A stretch of DNA of 63,158 nucleotides, filler included, from Asterionella formosa (taxonomy: Eukaryota), in the NCBI GenBank assembly GCA_002256025.1. It is 15 parts of 15 records of this genome, joined end to end, with 100 filler letters (N's around TTAATTAATTAA, not from the genome) between each part and the next. Parts side by side here need not be neighbours in the genome. Positions count along the whole stretch, not along the records: positions 1 to 22,122 come from NKIB01002856.1; positions 22,223 to 23,575 come from NKIB01002864.1; positions 23,676 to 25,028 come from NKIB01002865.1; 12 more parts are not named here. The stretch is one strand, 5' to 3'. The notes beneath the pieces were generated by a model. It did no database searches. It was not told where the DNA came from and was given only the letters and a program-made list of their open reading frames with translations. Below are positions 12,759 through 24,225 of this stretch, one piece after another (within the stretch, counting starts at the first letter, position 1; each line of letters opens with the position of its first letter). The position numbers and the translations under genes are program-made.

Positions 12759-13007
12759 TAAAACTATGCAAATGTTCAACTATATATATACATTCAAACT
12801 TCTTACAAATCTTTATATAGAGCAATGATATTCATGGCTGAAACATTTGAAATCATGTTTTCATGTTCCTTGTCATCATCATTAAAACTATGCAAATGTT
12901 CAACTATATATATACATTCAAACTTCTTACAAATCTTTATATAGAGCAATATGATATTCATGGCTGAAACATTTGAAATCATGTTTCATGTTCCTTGTCA
13001 TCATCAT
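12759..13007. repeat. Two-copy ~124-bp tandem duplication
   Basis: TAAAACTATGCAAATGTTCAACTATATATATACATTC...TTCCTTGTCATCATCAT is repeated at 12759 and 12883. Confidence 0.9.
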
Positions 13008-14057
13008 ACACCTTTGCTCCTGAAATGAAGGATCATCACACATGATGACATGGAAAATGAAAGTGATAATACAGCACAAATGATACTTGAGGCTTAGAAG
13101 AGAAGGGCGGAATCAATTGATGGTAAGTCAAGAGCAATTGCCTTTCATGTTAATTGTCATGCATTCACTTCCTGAAATGAAGGATCTCAAGCAACACATG
13201 ATGCGAAAAACTGAAGTGACAATACAGCACGATATGTGTTGCTTCTTTCAGGATAAAGGTAGACAAACTGTATTTGTAAGTTACAAACTGAGCAGTGTTC
13301 GAGCCCATTTATTGATCGATACTTTCTCATTCAATCTTCAACTGACACTCACATTATTTGACAGAAATATGCATCAGTTACTTCCTCAATTTGTGGTAGT
13401 AAGTGAAGATAGAAGTGAAATGCATGTTGTTGTGTAAGCAAAACATGAACAGCTAACAATGAATTGCTTCTCTTTGTTAGTATGGCTGATTGGAACAACG
13501 AAACGGATTCAATAGTAATAGGAAAATGCATGAATGCAAACTCAGATCCGTCAGGAGTAAATGGAACAAAGCAGGGGAACAACGGCAAGGCAACCAGTAC
13601 AACAACCTTCAGAATTTGATTGGGGGGAACAAGGTGGAAGTGAAAGCTGAAGCACCAAACATTGCGATGAGCATTGTAGAACATTCTGTAGCCACTCAAG
13701 ATATAAAAACATAAAACCATTTTTAAATATAGTTCTAAATTTCGATCCATTTCATCCTATTTTAGACAGTGATATCGATGAGAGTTATGATCATGCTAAG
13801 ATAGATGTATGACAAAAGTATACACATCATATGACCATGTTTAACTAATTATATGATGCAATGGTATTATAACTATGATAGTATCATCATACTTCAAGCT
13901 TGGTAAAAGTTTACTGCATGATCATAATTATATGATACATTGATCATATTTTTGATCGAAAAACTATCATACTATATGTAAAAATCCTGTGCCACTTACT
14001 AGCTTATGATACCCTTGATCCTATATTCATGATTGTTTTTATTTACAGACGGCGTCA

Positions 14058-14279
14058 ATGGATCATATTGGTGCAGATCGAGTTACCAAGCCCGACCCTC
14101 TTTTCTTCTTGATCACAATGGCATGGTTGAGTACATTTAAGACTGAAGAGGAATTGGCCGGATCCTACAACATGGTGGAGAAGACCACACGTAAGTGTCT
14201 ATGGGAGTATGCACTTGCAATAAAAGCGCTCAAGGCGGAAAAGGTGTCTCAAAGTCAGATGCCTGCTTCGTCGATCTGA
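14058..14279 (+). pseudogene. Probable PIF/Harbinger-like transposase N-terminal relic
   Basis: PLFFLITMAWLSTFKTEEELAGSYNMVEKTTRKCLWEYALAIKALKAEKV resembles the HTH region of diatom Harbinger transposases as recalled. The catalytic region is not recognisable. Confidence 0.45.
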
Positions 14280-14539
14280 GGTAGTAGTTATAGTCATTAA
14301 TTGACTTCTTGATATAGCATCATTGTAATGGTTACCGGTTTGTACCAGGTAACATGATACATAGGAGTGGATAACATCAGACACATTACCACAGCTATCT
14401 AGACTTTGGGCCAGCATGCAGGTCTAAATTGGGTTCAGCGCTTTTTCTTCTTCTTTCGGTCTTCGATTGTGTGGTGATGGAAAGTCAAGCAATGTTGCCT
14501 GTGTAAGTACTACAATGATTCACAATGCATGCGTCTCCA

Positions 14540-14775
14540 TTGAAACTCCTATTTTTTACATCATTTCTAACCCAAAACAATTTTTTCTATTTCTTATTTG
14601 ATGCAACTTATTTTACATCGCATTTCATACTTTGGTGGCTCCAAACATCATGTTCAATTTTCATTGATGTAGCATGTTGTTACAATTTTTATGCCGAAAA
14701 ATTCGATGTGCCCCATATTGCCCCTAAATAAAAATTACTTAAGAAATTACTTAGAGCCTAAAAATTACTTAGAAG
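14540..14775. repeat. Repeat family B end (inverted copy at 45922-46300)
   Basis: CCGAAAAATTCGATGTGCCCCATATTGCCCCTAAATAAAAA...AAAATTACTTAGA matches the reverse complement of 45922-45995, and upstream blocks also match. Confidence 0.7.
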
Positions 14776-15222
14776 TACCCGAATTGCAAGACGATAGCTG
14801 GAGCGGGAATTGCTCATTTACCTCCACAGTAGTCTACTTTCAAGGTACCAGTGACCTGGTACCAGGGTACCAGGTAGTCTGTTCCACCAGTTACCATCGA
14901 TAATACGACCTGCGACAAAAGAGTACTGGGTGCATCAGGTTGAAATACCGGTATCTGGTAGCTACTATCGGTAGAAAGAAGCTGCTTAGCCACAGCAGGC
15001 GCATCAGCCACCACATACTTAATACAGGGGAGTGGTTCCTTGCCAAAAAATTCTGCACCTCGTCAACGTCATACGATACCAGCTATAGCATACGAAGTAT
15101 ATTCCTTTTTGTCCCATATTTTTCTGATAAGGCAATCATACGATCAGCATTATCGGACTGCTACACTCGTCAATTCTATTTTATATTGTATGGACCAGAC
15201 AAACCAGTAAACTTCTTACGCC

Positions 15223-16081
15223 ATGAGACAATCTCTTTTCCTCGCTATCCTAGGTCTCGTTGGAAAATTCGCCTACGGCTTCGCTTCGACCCTTCCTTTC
15301 GTGGTAACTCCATATTCTGGTCGGACTGTAGCAATTTCGACCTCAATTACCAGGATATCTCCCCACGGCAACTGGGGCATGGACGCTAATGCTATCAGAG
15401 CCGGGGGTTCTCGCGAGGCTCAGACGTCAGCATCCAACGAGTCATCAAAGTGTCCAATGCGGAAACTCTCGGTCCTGTTTTCCTCTGCCTACGGAACTGG
15501 AGGTGTCATGTATATTCTTATCAAGGCGATTCGCCGCGTTCTTCCTATCGCTTTGCAACCCTTTGCCAAGGGCTCCATCCCATTGTCACAATTCCAATTT
15601 GGGTAAGTCTGCTCAATGCTTTATGTGTGTCACTTGCTATTAATCTCTCTTCATTCGCAATATTTTAACGCAAATGCTTCGTTCGTTTCTACTTAGTGCG
15701 TATATTTCAGTGTGCCTTTGGTTTGCCTATGTTGAAGGGTACAAAGGATTCCAGACCAAATTCGCTCCGCTGGTAGTTAGCCGAGCATTCACCCTAGAGC
15801 CTGGGTACTCGAAAATCCATCATTTCATCTTTGCTCCATTCTATTCCATGGGACTCTTCCACGCAACTAAGAAACGAATGACAATTAGTTGGGGAGTTAC
15901 CATGGGTGTTGCTTTCATTGTTGGCGCGGTGAAGCGACTGCCTTATCCTTGGCGGAACATTATCGACGCTGGAGTAGTTGCCGGTTTATCTTGGGGATGC
16001 GTCAGCATCTTTTTGCAATATTTGAGGGCCGTGGTAAATGGAAAGGTGCCAACAGATCCTGCACTTCCAAAGGAAGACTAG
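15223..16081 (+). CDS. Conserved hypothetical plastid-targeted membrane protein, 2 exons (15223-15602, 15697-16081)
   Basis: A GT..AG intron at 15603-15696 joins the two ORFs in frame (QFG|AYISVCLWFAYVEGYKGFQ). Signal peptide with AYG|FAS cleavage motif, Ser/Thr-rich transit peptide and several hydrophobic helices. Confidence 0.85.
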
Positions 16082-16299
16082 GCGCTTTCAGAGAATCAAG
16101 GCAGCAAGTATCTATCCTGTGAAATCAATCAGACTAATACATCCTTCGGCTGCATGCACATTTTGAGGACATTGGGTAGGGTAAAACCCTTCTGAATAAA
16201 ATATAGATTTGTCCACAAAATGCTTGTTGTTTTACCATCTTCACAATGGCCATCGCTGACCATCATGCTTCTCTGTACCATTTTGTGATCTTGTGGATC

Positions 16300-16860
16300 C
16301 AACGCCTGTTTGGGTATCACCAACATCTGGAATAATAGCATGAGTCATTGGATTTGCAAGGCCATGTGTTCTCATTTAATTTTTAGCTATGTTAACATTA
16401 TCTGCACAGAAAGTTCCTACCGAGGAAGTGAATTCTGATTGAACCAGCAATAGAGATTCCACTAAGACATGGATCACAAACATCTGTAGCTCCATGGCAC
16501 AGCACAATTTCAGTATCACACTCTCTGATCCATGTAAAATCACTCCCCAAAGCAAATTTGACCAATTATTGATGGGACTTGCTGCGGATAGTAAACTGAT
16601 TGATTTCAAACTATATCACATAAACTGTTGCAGAATGTATATTCAAATTACCCCGGTTGTGGATATTGCAATGGCTGATGGGATAATCTTGCGCAAGGAA
16701 TTATTGAACTACAACGAAAAAATCAAAGACCATGAATCTCTGTTTGTCTGGCCCAATCAACCAGACCCAACACAACATCGGAAATCAGATTGGAAGTCAC
16801 CCTCATTTTACGCATACTAAGGAAAGCTTCATCCCCCAATCTCTAACTCTCCATCAAAGG
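16300..16860 (+). mobile_element. Degraded non-LTR (LINE-like) retrotransposon fragment
   Basis: DQLLM...INCCRMYIQIT..DIAMADG...SLFVWPNQPDP..W resembles the region between RT and RNase H of diatom LINE-like elements, as recalled. Confidence 0.5.
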
Positions 16861-17354
16861 CCAGGAAAATAGACAGGTCTGATTCTGAACACCGGGAAAT
16901 TCAGGTTTTCGAAGGAGACTGACTTAACAACTGTGGAGAAAGAAAGGAAGTAGAGGGATGCTCCTTGACCAAACCTCCTCTCACTAGTGGTTTATCCTCT
17001 GTAGTCCAGAGGGAGTTGCAACTTTTAGATGCATGCTGAACCACACAATTCTTTGCAATGTCACTCTCGGCTGCAAAGCAAATTATGCGTGACAAAATTA
17101 TATTCCAGAGGAGATTCTTGATTATGCGGGATCTGTGGATTGGGATCCAGAAGGAAATAACTCCAATTGCGCGGAACTGTTTGCCTTCATCTCTTAAGGT
17201 TAATTCATAGGCTACCGGACTCCTTGCTGACGTCATATTATCGCTGCACCACATTGCACCACCATAGACCTACTGGTACCTGGTAATATGATATCATTGA
17301 CAGAGTGATATACGTAGTTCTGTACTACGTGGTACTGTGATGTATGTACTAATA

Positions 17355-17747
17355 GTGATGCACTACTGTACTACAGTACGGTATGTGCTTGATATGCATC
17401 TACCGGTAGACTACATCTACCTACATTCCTATCGTAGAAAAAAATCCTGAGGAATATTATAATTTTGCATTTCATCTTTTGACTCACACCAGTTCACGTA
17501 CTTAAGAATTTTTTTGAGGCGCCCTGTCATCCATTAATGACCTGGTGTCCAGTGTGGCACCCCGCCCCTTCACCTGGGCAAGGTAGTGTGAGACTTTCAC
17601 TTAATAAAAACCTGTGTGCGGCCCCCGTCTTGACCAGTACGCGGTCTGCCCTATTACTCAGGATATTCTTCTACGATAGGAATGTAGGTAGATGTATTGT
17701 AGATGCATATCAAGTACATACCGTCCTGTAGTAAAGTAGTGCATCAC
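17355..17747. repeat. Long imperfect inverted repeat (arms ~17355-17457 and ~17652-17747, spacer ~195 bp); MITE/foldback-like
   Basis: The left arm GTGATGCACTAC..GATATGCATCTAC..TACATCTACCTACATTCCTATCGTAGAA..ATCCTGAG is reverse-complementary to the right arm. Confidence 0.85.
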
Positions 17748-17749
17748 AG

Positions 17750-20700
17750 TTGAAACTGACAAGTCAAATGAATCTTGTTTGTGTCTCCAAATTAGTCCAG
17801 TCATGACCTTTTTGGGTTTAGTCATGAACATGAGTCAATCTTTACTCATATATGAATCAATCTTTGAGTCTTGTCATGAACATGAGATGATTTACTCATA
17901 TATCACTTAGTTTTTTTTGGTTTGCTAAAACTTAATTCTATAAGCTCACTTTATTTGGAAATACCAATAGAGTCAGATCTATCCTACAACATTCTCCTAA
18001 ATTCAATGTGATCCTTCGATCCACTGCCTAGCACCTACGTTGCTGAGTATATATATCGAGATATATATACTATTCTTCAATAAGTCGAACTCCTTTCAGG
18101 TTAATCTACGACTTCTCTTTCAACTGGTTACGAGCCCAAAACGCTTATACCAGCGCATTCTTCAGTTGGTTTCTCCTGCTCCTTTGTTCCCAGAGCCATT
18201 TTCTAAAACCGGTTCATTTTCTTGTCCCAGTGACAGTGTCAAACTTCTTTCAGCAAACTTCATTGCAAATTCTTTCATTGTTACCTGGTATTGCCCCTTG
18301 AGACAATCAACCAGTCCTTTTTTCTCTCTCCCTTTCTTCGTTCAGCAAACTTCAATGCATTTTCTTTCATTGTTACCTGGCATTGCCCCTTGAGACAATT
18401 GCCTGGTCCTTTTAATCTCTCTTTCTTTTCTTTATTACCCAGTATTTTCCACTGAGACAATTGCCTGGCCTATTTTTTAAACTTTTCTTCACTCTCTTCT
18501 TTTATCACTGCTTTCTTATCTTTTCCATACACTCCCACTTCCTTGCAATGCCAGTATCCAATACTATTACTACTATTCTACCTACCAAGTTTGGCCAAGT
18601 GACCACTGGTACTGTTGTCAAATGGTACTCTGCCTGGTGGGCAACTGAATGATGACTTCACTATCACCAAGAAACCAATGTGGTCTCCTTACCAAATCCG
18701 TTCAGATGATTCCAGGGACATCAAGACTGCATTTGAGTTTTTTACTCAAAAATGTGAAAAGGTATACAATGGCCCCAATGGTGACCCTATCAACAATCTC
18801 ACCCTTGCTCAGCTCTGCACTCTTATTTACAATGATGCAGAGACTGGGCGGCGGTGTGGACACTTTCCTCTATGCTCCTGACAGTTCTGGTAAAGTTTGG
18901 TGTATGACCAGACACCATAATCAAATTACTTTTGAAGAGACAAAGAAATATGTTGATCATTGTATTGGTCTTGAGACATTCACACCAGACATTGACTCTA
19001 AAACTGGAAATCCCACAGCTGATTCTCCCACCAAGTCACGTCAGATTTTTGATGATCAGGCATTGGATGGCTTATTCTTCCCACCTCTGGCGTGTGATTG
19101 TTTCCTACATTTCCCCAAACCTCCGAACAGGTCTCCTTGAACGTCTCGAAGACTATGGGAATTGTGGTCCAGGCCTCCTCCTCTGGATGGCTTTAATGGA
19201 TGAAGTCACCTCTGGTTCACCTCAGGCAATGGATAGCATCTTGGAAATTTTTAAGAAGATCCGAATTTCTGATTACCCTGGCGAAAATGTCCGCCTCATG
19301 GTCCATGATATCCAAGCTTCATTTAACCTACTAAAGAGTGGACAGTGTCTTACTATCACTGCCTCTAGCATTGTTGCTACCAAGCTCCTACTCTGTCAAG
19401 TTGAGGAATTTCGTGCTGTATTTTATACAATCTCTGTTAAGATTGATACTGAACAAGAACGGGGTCTCATGGGTAAATATAATGCCGCCCTTGTCAAATT
19501 CCAGGCTACACCAAGTGGTGTTAAGACACTTCTTTATATGGCGCTCACTCAGTACAAACGTCTCCTTGACAATGGACAATGGCCACCTTCCCAAAGTGTT
19601 CCCAAGAAGCAGTCAGATTTCCTACCAGATGCATTCCAGGCTACAGTTTTTCCTACTGCATTTCAAGCCCTTGCTGATGAACTTAAAGCCCTCCACAAAG
19701 ACTTTGAGACCAAGCCTAGTGGGGGTGGCCGAGACCTCTCTAAAACTACTTGCTACAAGTGTGTCAAAATTGGTCATCTTCGTCCTAACTGTCCTGACAA
19801 GACAACCACTGACCCTGAGAACTCTTGGCAAAATGTTCCTCCTACTGATGGAAATTTTTCTATGACCAAAGATGGTTGCCAGTGGCATTGGTACAACAAA
19901 TGCCATGGAGGGGGAGGGCATTGGTCTACTACTCATGGCACTGAGACTCACAAAGGGAGTCCCAAAACTGTTACCTCTACTGCTGCTGCCAACCTAGCTG
20001 GAGTTGACAAGGAGTCTTCAGCAGAAGATGGTGTTTTGATGTACAGTCCTGCTGGTTTTGTTGCTTCTTGCTATGACCATGAATTTGATTGGTCTTCAAT
20101 TGCTATTATCCCTGTGACAGCCTTTCCTTCTCCGATTATTTCTACAACTCCTGATACTGTGGTCCCAACCTGACAAACCTGCCAACAGAAATGTTTTTCT
20201 GTCCGCCATCCGAATACAATTCTTGATATATTGTATCATCCTAGAGAAAACAATGTCAAGCTCCAGGCCTTTCCAGTTAATATGATGATCCTTAGTGGCT
20301 TCATGTACAGTATGTGGTTCACTGCATTGTTACTTGGTGATTCCTTCTGGGCTTTTCTGGATCCCTATGGTACACAAGCAGTTTTTGTCTCTACATACAA
20401 AACTGCTTATGTCCTACCTTCCCAAAGTAAACCTCTTGACTTAACTCATCCTGATCTTTCCCTGCAGAAAAATGAATTTTTCAGTTTGGCTTTGGCATCC
20501 ATTCTAATAGTGTTGTTAATCCAATGTCTCCATCTGACTTGGACTTACACTTTCACCACTCCTCTCTTGTTGCCTCCTCATCTGGTTTGGTTCTTCTTCA
20601 ACCTCATACTGCCCACTGTTTGTGCTCCCACTCTGAATCAATGACACATTATGACTGCCCAAGTGTCTTTCTCATCAACGAAGGACATTCCTTGGCATTC

Positions 20701-21904
20701 CTGGATTCCAATGACATCACTGCACGTTTTTCTGTCATTTGGGACACTGGTGCCACTCGTCCTGTCCGTGGGTACTCTGGTGACTTTATTGGCCCAATGA
20801 TTATTCCCTCTACTCCTTTGTTACTTGGTGGCATCGCCTCTGGTCTGGTTGGTTGAAGGAATTGGAACTGTCAAATGGTCTTTCTATTCTGATAATGGCA
20901 CCCTCCTTACTCTTCATTTAAAGACCTTTTATGTCCCTACCTGCAAACAACGCTTGCTTTCTCCCCAGAAAATCTTTTGTCCTACTGAAAATTTCCGTGG
21001 TACTTTTGGGATCTCTTCAGTACATGCCCAAATCCTACTTGATGACTCCCCCATTCTCTCTGTTCCCTATGACTCTATGAATGCTGGGCTACCAACCAGC
21101 CAAGCTGTTCTCCTACATCACGGTGTGTCTTCCCCTCAAGTTAACTTGTGTCTCACAGAGGAGGTAAACCAAAATTTAACAGAGGCTCAAAAGGAATATC
21201 TTTGTTGGCATTTTCGTCTTGGACATCTTAATTCTAATCTTATTCAATTGCTTCTTTGTCAACCTTCGTTTGGAAACATTCATAAGGTCCATGCTGCTGC
21301 CCGATGCACTCCACCCAAATGTGCAGCTTGTGAATATGGCAAAGCCCATCGTTGTCCTCTTGCATCTACCCTCTCTACACCTTCACCTGCGAGGGAGGGA
21401 GCTACAAAATTTTTGATTTATTCCCAGGTTCAGGTGTCTCAGTGGATCATTTTGAATCAAAGGTGCCAGGTCGTCTATACACCTCACCACAAGGTAAATA
21501 ACAACTTGCCTCAACTTATTAAGGTGGTTGTCTTTTTATTGACCATGCATCTGGACTACTTTATGTCTGCCATCAAATCAGTTTTACTTCAGAAGTGGCC
21601 ATTCATTCGAAAATGCATTTCGAAAATTGGGCATACAATCAAGGTGTCTTAGTAGTTCAAAAATATATTACTGATAATGGCATTTTTGGCGCTCGCGAAT
21701 TTACCAGTGAAATTACTGCCAAAGGTCAAATTGTGAAATATTGTGGGGTTGGAGCTCATCATCAAAATGGTACTACTGAATGTAGCATTCGTACTGTCTC
21801 AAACATGGCTAGAGTGCTTAATGATGCTCCATGCCTCCCTACAATGGCCAGAAACTGCTGATGCTCCCCTCTGGCCCATGGCTGTTGACTATGCTGTCAA
21901 TGTA
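17750..21904 (+). mobile_element. Degraded Ty1/Copia (CoDi) retrotransposon: LTR (~17750-18122), PBS, gag, protease, partial integrase; truncated by a family A insertion
   Basis: Zinc knuckle CYKCVKIGHLRPNC, post-knuckle WHW..KC...HWSTTHGT..H, protease VIWDTGAT, GAG-pre-integrase WHFRLGH...CAACEYGK, integrase VSVDHFES..FIDHASG..YITDNGIF..GAHHQNG..LWPMAVDYAV. Several frameshifts. Confidence 0.9.
18126..18137 (+). promoter_or_regulatory. Primer-binding site resembling the internal (half-molecule) initiator tRNA-Met type
   Basis: GGTTACGAGCCC lies 3 nt after ...TTTCA (putative LTR end) and differs by one base from the GGTTATGAGCCC PBS of Ty5-like elements. Confidence 0.65.
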
Positions 21905-22113
21905 CGTCTGCAAATAAAAACCATCATATTCCCATGATGCATCATAGGATTATGATCATCTGATCATAATTTGTCGTTATATCATCTAATAATTGTGATA
22001 AATGCCTTTGTAATTTAAATAGTAACCCTTTTGACTACATATATTTAATTATTATATGTATTGTTTCTATTTGATTCCTGTATTCGAATTTCTTGGTAGG
22101 ATAATGTACCAGT
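21905..22113 (-). mobile_element. Repeat family A terminus inserted into the Copia integrase
   Basis: CGTCTGCAAATAAAAACCATCAT is the exact reverse complement of the end at 6027-6049. The following 200 bp match 48145-48353 and 5860-6049 inverted. Confidence 0.8.
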
Positions 22114-22122
22114 TCAAGTAAT

Positions 22123-22222
22123 NNNNNNNNNNNNNNNNNNNNNNNNNNNNNNNNNNNNNNNNNNNNTTAATTAATTAANNNNNNNNNNNNNNNNNNNNNN
22201 NNNNNNNNNNNNNNNNNNNNNN
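22123..22222. other. Assembly gap with artificial six-frame-stop linker (first of many)
   Basis: The same N44-TTAATTAATTAA-N44 block recurs at most gaps in the window. Confidence 0.97.
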
Positions 22223-22572
22223 CTGCAGTGGGACAGTAAATCATCATAGTTTTAGGATCGTATGATCGTAAAACTAAAAACCAATAGAACACCATATGTT
22301 CAGGACTGTTGCTACTGCATTGGGACAGTAAATCATCATAGTTTTAGGATTGTATGATTGTAAAACTAAAAACCAATAGTCAGAGTAATAAGCAAGCAAC
22401 AGAACATCATATGTCTATAACTGCTGCTACTGCAGCGGACTGCAGCGGGACAGTAAATCATCATAGTTTTAGGATTGTATGATTGTAAAACTAAAAACCA
22501 ATAGTCGGAGTAATAAGCAAGCAACAGAAAACCGTATGTCTATGACTACTGCTACTGCAGCGGGACAGTAAA
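22223..22572. repeat. Tandem repeat, ~92-125-bp units, 3 full copies plus a partial copy, each full copy with an internal hairpin
   Basis: CTGCA..GGGACAGTAAAT starts at about 22223, 22315, 22440 and 22555. The first three continue CATCATAGTTTTAGGAT.GTATGAT.GTAAAACTAAAAACCAATAG. Confidence 0.9.
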
Positions 22573-22630
22573 TAAATTTAAGATCATCGAACTTTAAGGA
22601 AGACAACGACAACAGTTATCTAGTAGTACT

Positions 22631-23575
22631 ATGTCTTCAAAAAACCATAAAGAGGTTCATGGAAACAAGCGACATGTGGCAAATACTGCCAGTATGGAAC
22701 AACAAAGCAAGTTCCAAAATGAGTTTACAAAGAAAAAGCGAATAGGCGATTATCCAAAGCAACCCAATCGGCGATTGGGAGACGTTGGGGGTAATACCCC
22801 ATTGTCAATGCGGACACCATCAGCTACTAGTACAAAGGATCTCGTAATTGATACTGACAGCGATGATGACGTTTCTACTTCAGTTATTGATACAAGAAAA
22901 TTGGCTCCTGTCGATGATACCATTAATAACTCCCGGATGGAGATGGACGACATGGTACCATATCATAAATTTTCTAATCGCACGGACCAACAAGTACATG
23001 ACAAACTGAGGGAAAAAATTTTGGCACTTGCCAAAGGATATTATCAATTGTTCAATGAAGTCAATCACTACAAATGTCGTAATTCGCTCAGTTCAAAACT
23101 CACTTGTCCATACGAGGTTATCAAGACTCTTCAATTTCAGCAGCCTTAACAGAACGTCGTTCTCGCTTAGCACAAATTAAATCAAACCATCAATTGTCAC
23201 AAAGGTTGTGAGTTTTATTTTCAAGACCAAGAAGTTTTGCTGTGAACATGTAAGTTTGATGTTATAATTCGTGAATTGCAGGTACTGTAAAACAGAATAT
23301 CAATATAATTTTCTTTTTTTCTGCTCCCAAAAGAGAATCAAACATCCCGCCCTATCTGGTCCAAGTAGTATGAAAGGCATTTCCAATCACAAACAGGATT
23401 GGTTTGCCGAATGTTGCCTAACTCGGCTATTCAGAGTGAAACCGGAGTTAGGCAAAGAAGTGGAGAGTGACCCAGAGCTTGCCGATTTCATGTGGAATGG
23501 TTCTGATGCACTACTTCCAATGAATCAGACCATTGAACGTACCAACAAGGCATGTTTAGATTACATCAAATCAAC
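22631..23575 (+). other. Hypothetical protein-coding fragment, interrupted and truncated by a gap; probably transposon-borne
   Basis: 172-aa ORF (22631-23149) and 118-aa ORF (23271 to gap) with possible GT donors in between. No recognisable domain. Confidence 0.3.
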
Positions 23576-24225
23576 NNNNNNNNNNNNNNNNNNNNNNNNN
23601 NNNNNNNNNNNNNNNNNNNTTAATTAATTAANNNNNNNNNNNNNNNNNNNNNNNNNNNNNNNNNNNNNNNNNNNNATGCCTACTAGTATCACACCATTAC
23701 TCCTCTATCCCCACTAACACAAATCACCATTGCTCCAGCACCCATCTCCTCTGAGACGATTTAGTTATCGGTTGCTGGTCCTCTAGGCCCGATTTGAAAA
23801 TAACAAAACTTTGTTTTGATGATGGCAAAAATTGAAAGTTGACATAGCATAGAAGTGAACGGTTCGCTCCTATTGAAAAATAGATGTGGGTCTCCATTGG
23901 TTGTTCGACCCATCTAAATATGGGAACTTGCTGAATCTGAAGTGCCTTCATTTTGCCTTCTTGTCTCAGTGACATTTATAAATGGTACAAGGGTACCGCT
24001 AATGGCTCAGTCCTCTACCAATTGCAACAGCAAAATCCCATTCTATTTCAAGGCTCGTTAAGCAATGATAAGAAGAATCGATTGTTACAAATGTTATTAA
24101 AATAAAACATAAAGATACGGGTCTCCGAGTTTGCTGTTGCAACCCTCTGGATTGAAAATGCAGATCGGACCAACAGGCACTACCACCGCGCCAATTAAAG
24201 GTTGGATGTTGGACGAGTTGATAAA

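Noticed and set aside
22167..22178. Recurrent TTAATTAATTAA palindrome
   Set aside because: It is always centred in identical N-runs, so it is an artificial contig linker with stops in all frames.
22223..22572. Possible CRISPR-like array
   Set aside because: The inter-repeat sequences are themselves homologous rather than unique spacers, the context is eukaryotic, and there are no cas genes.
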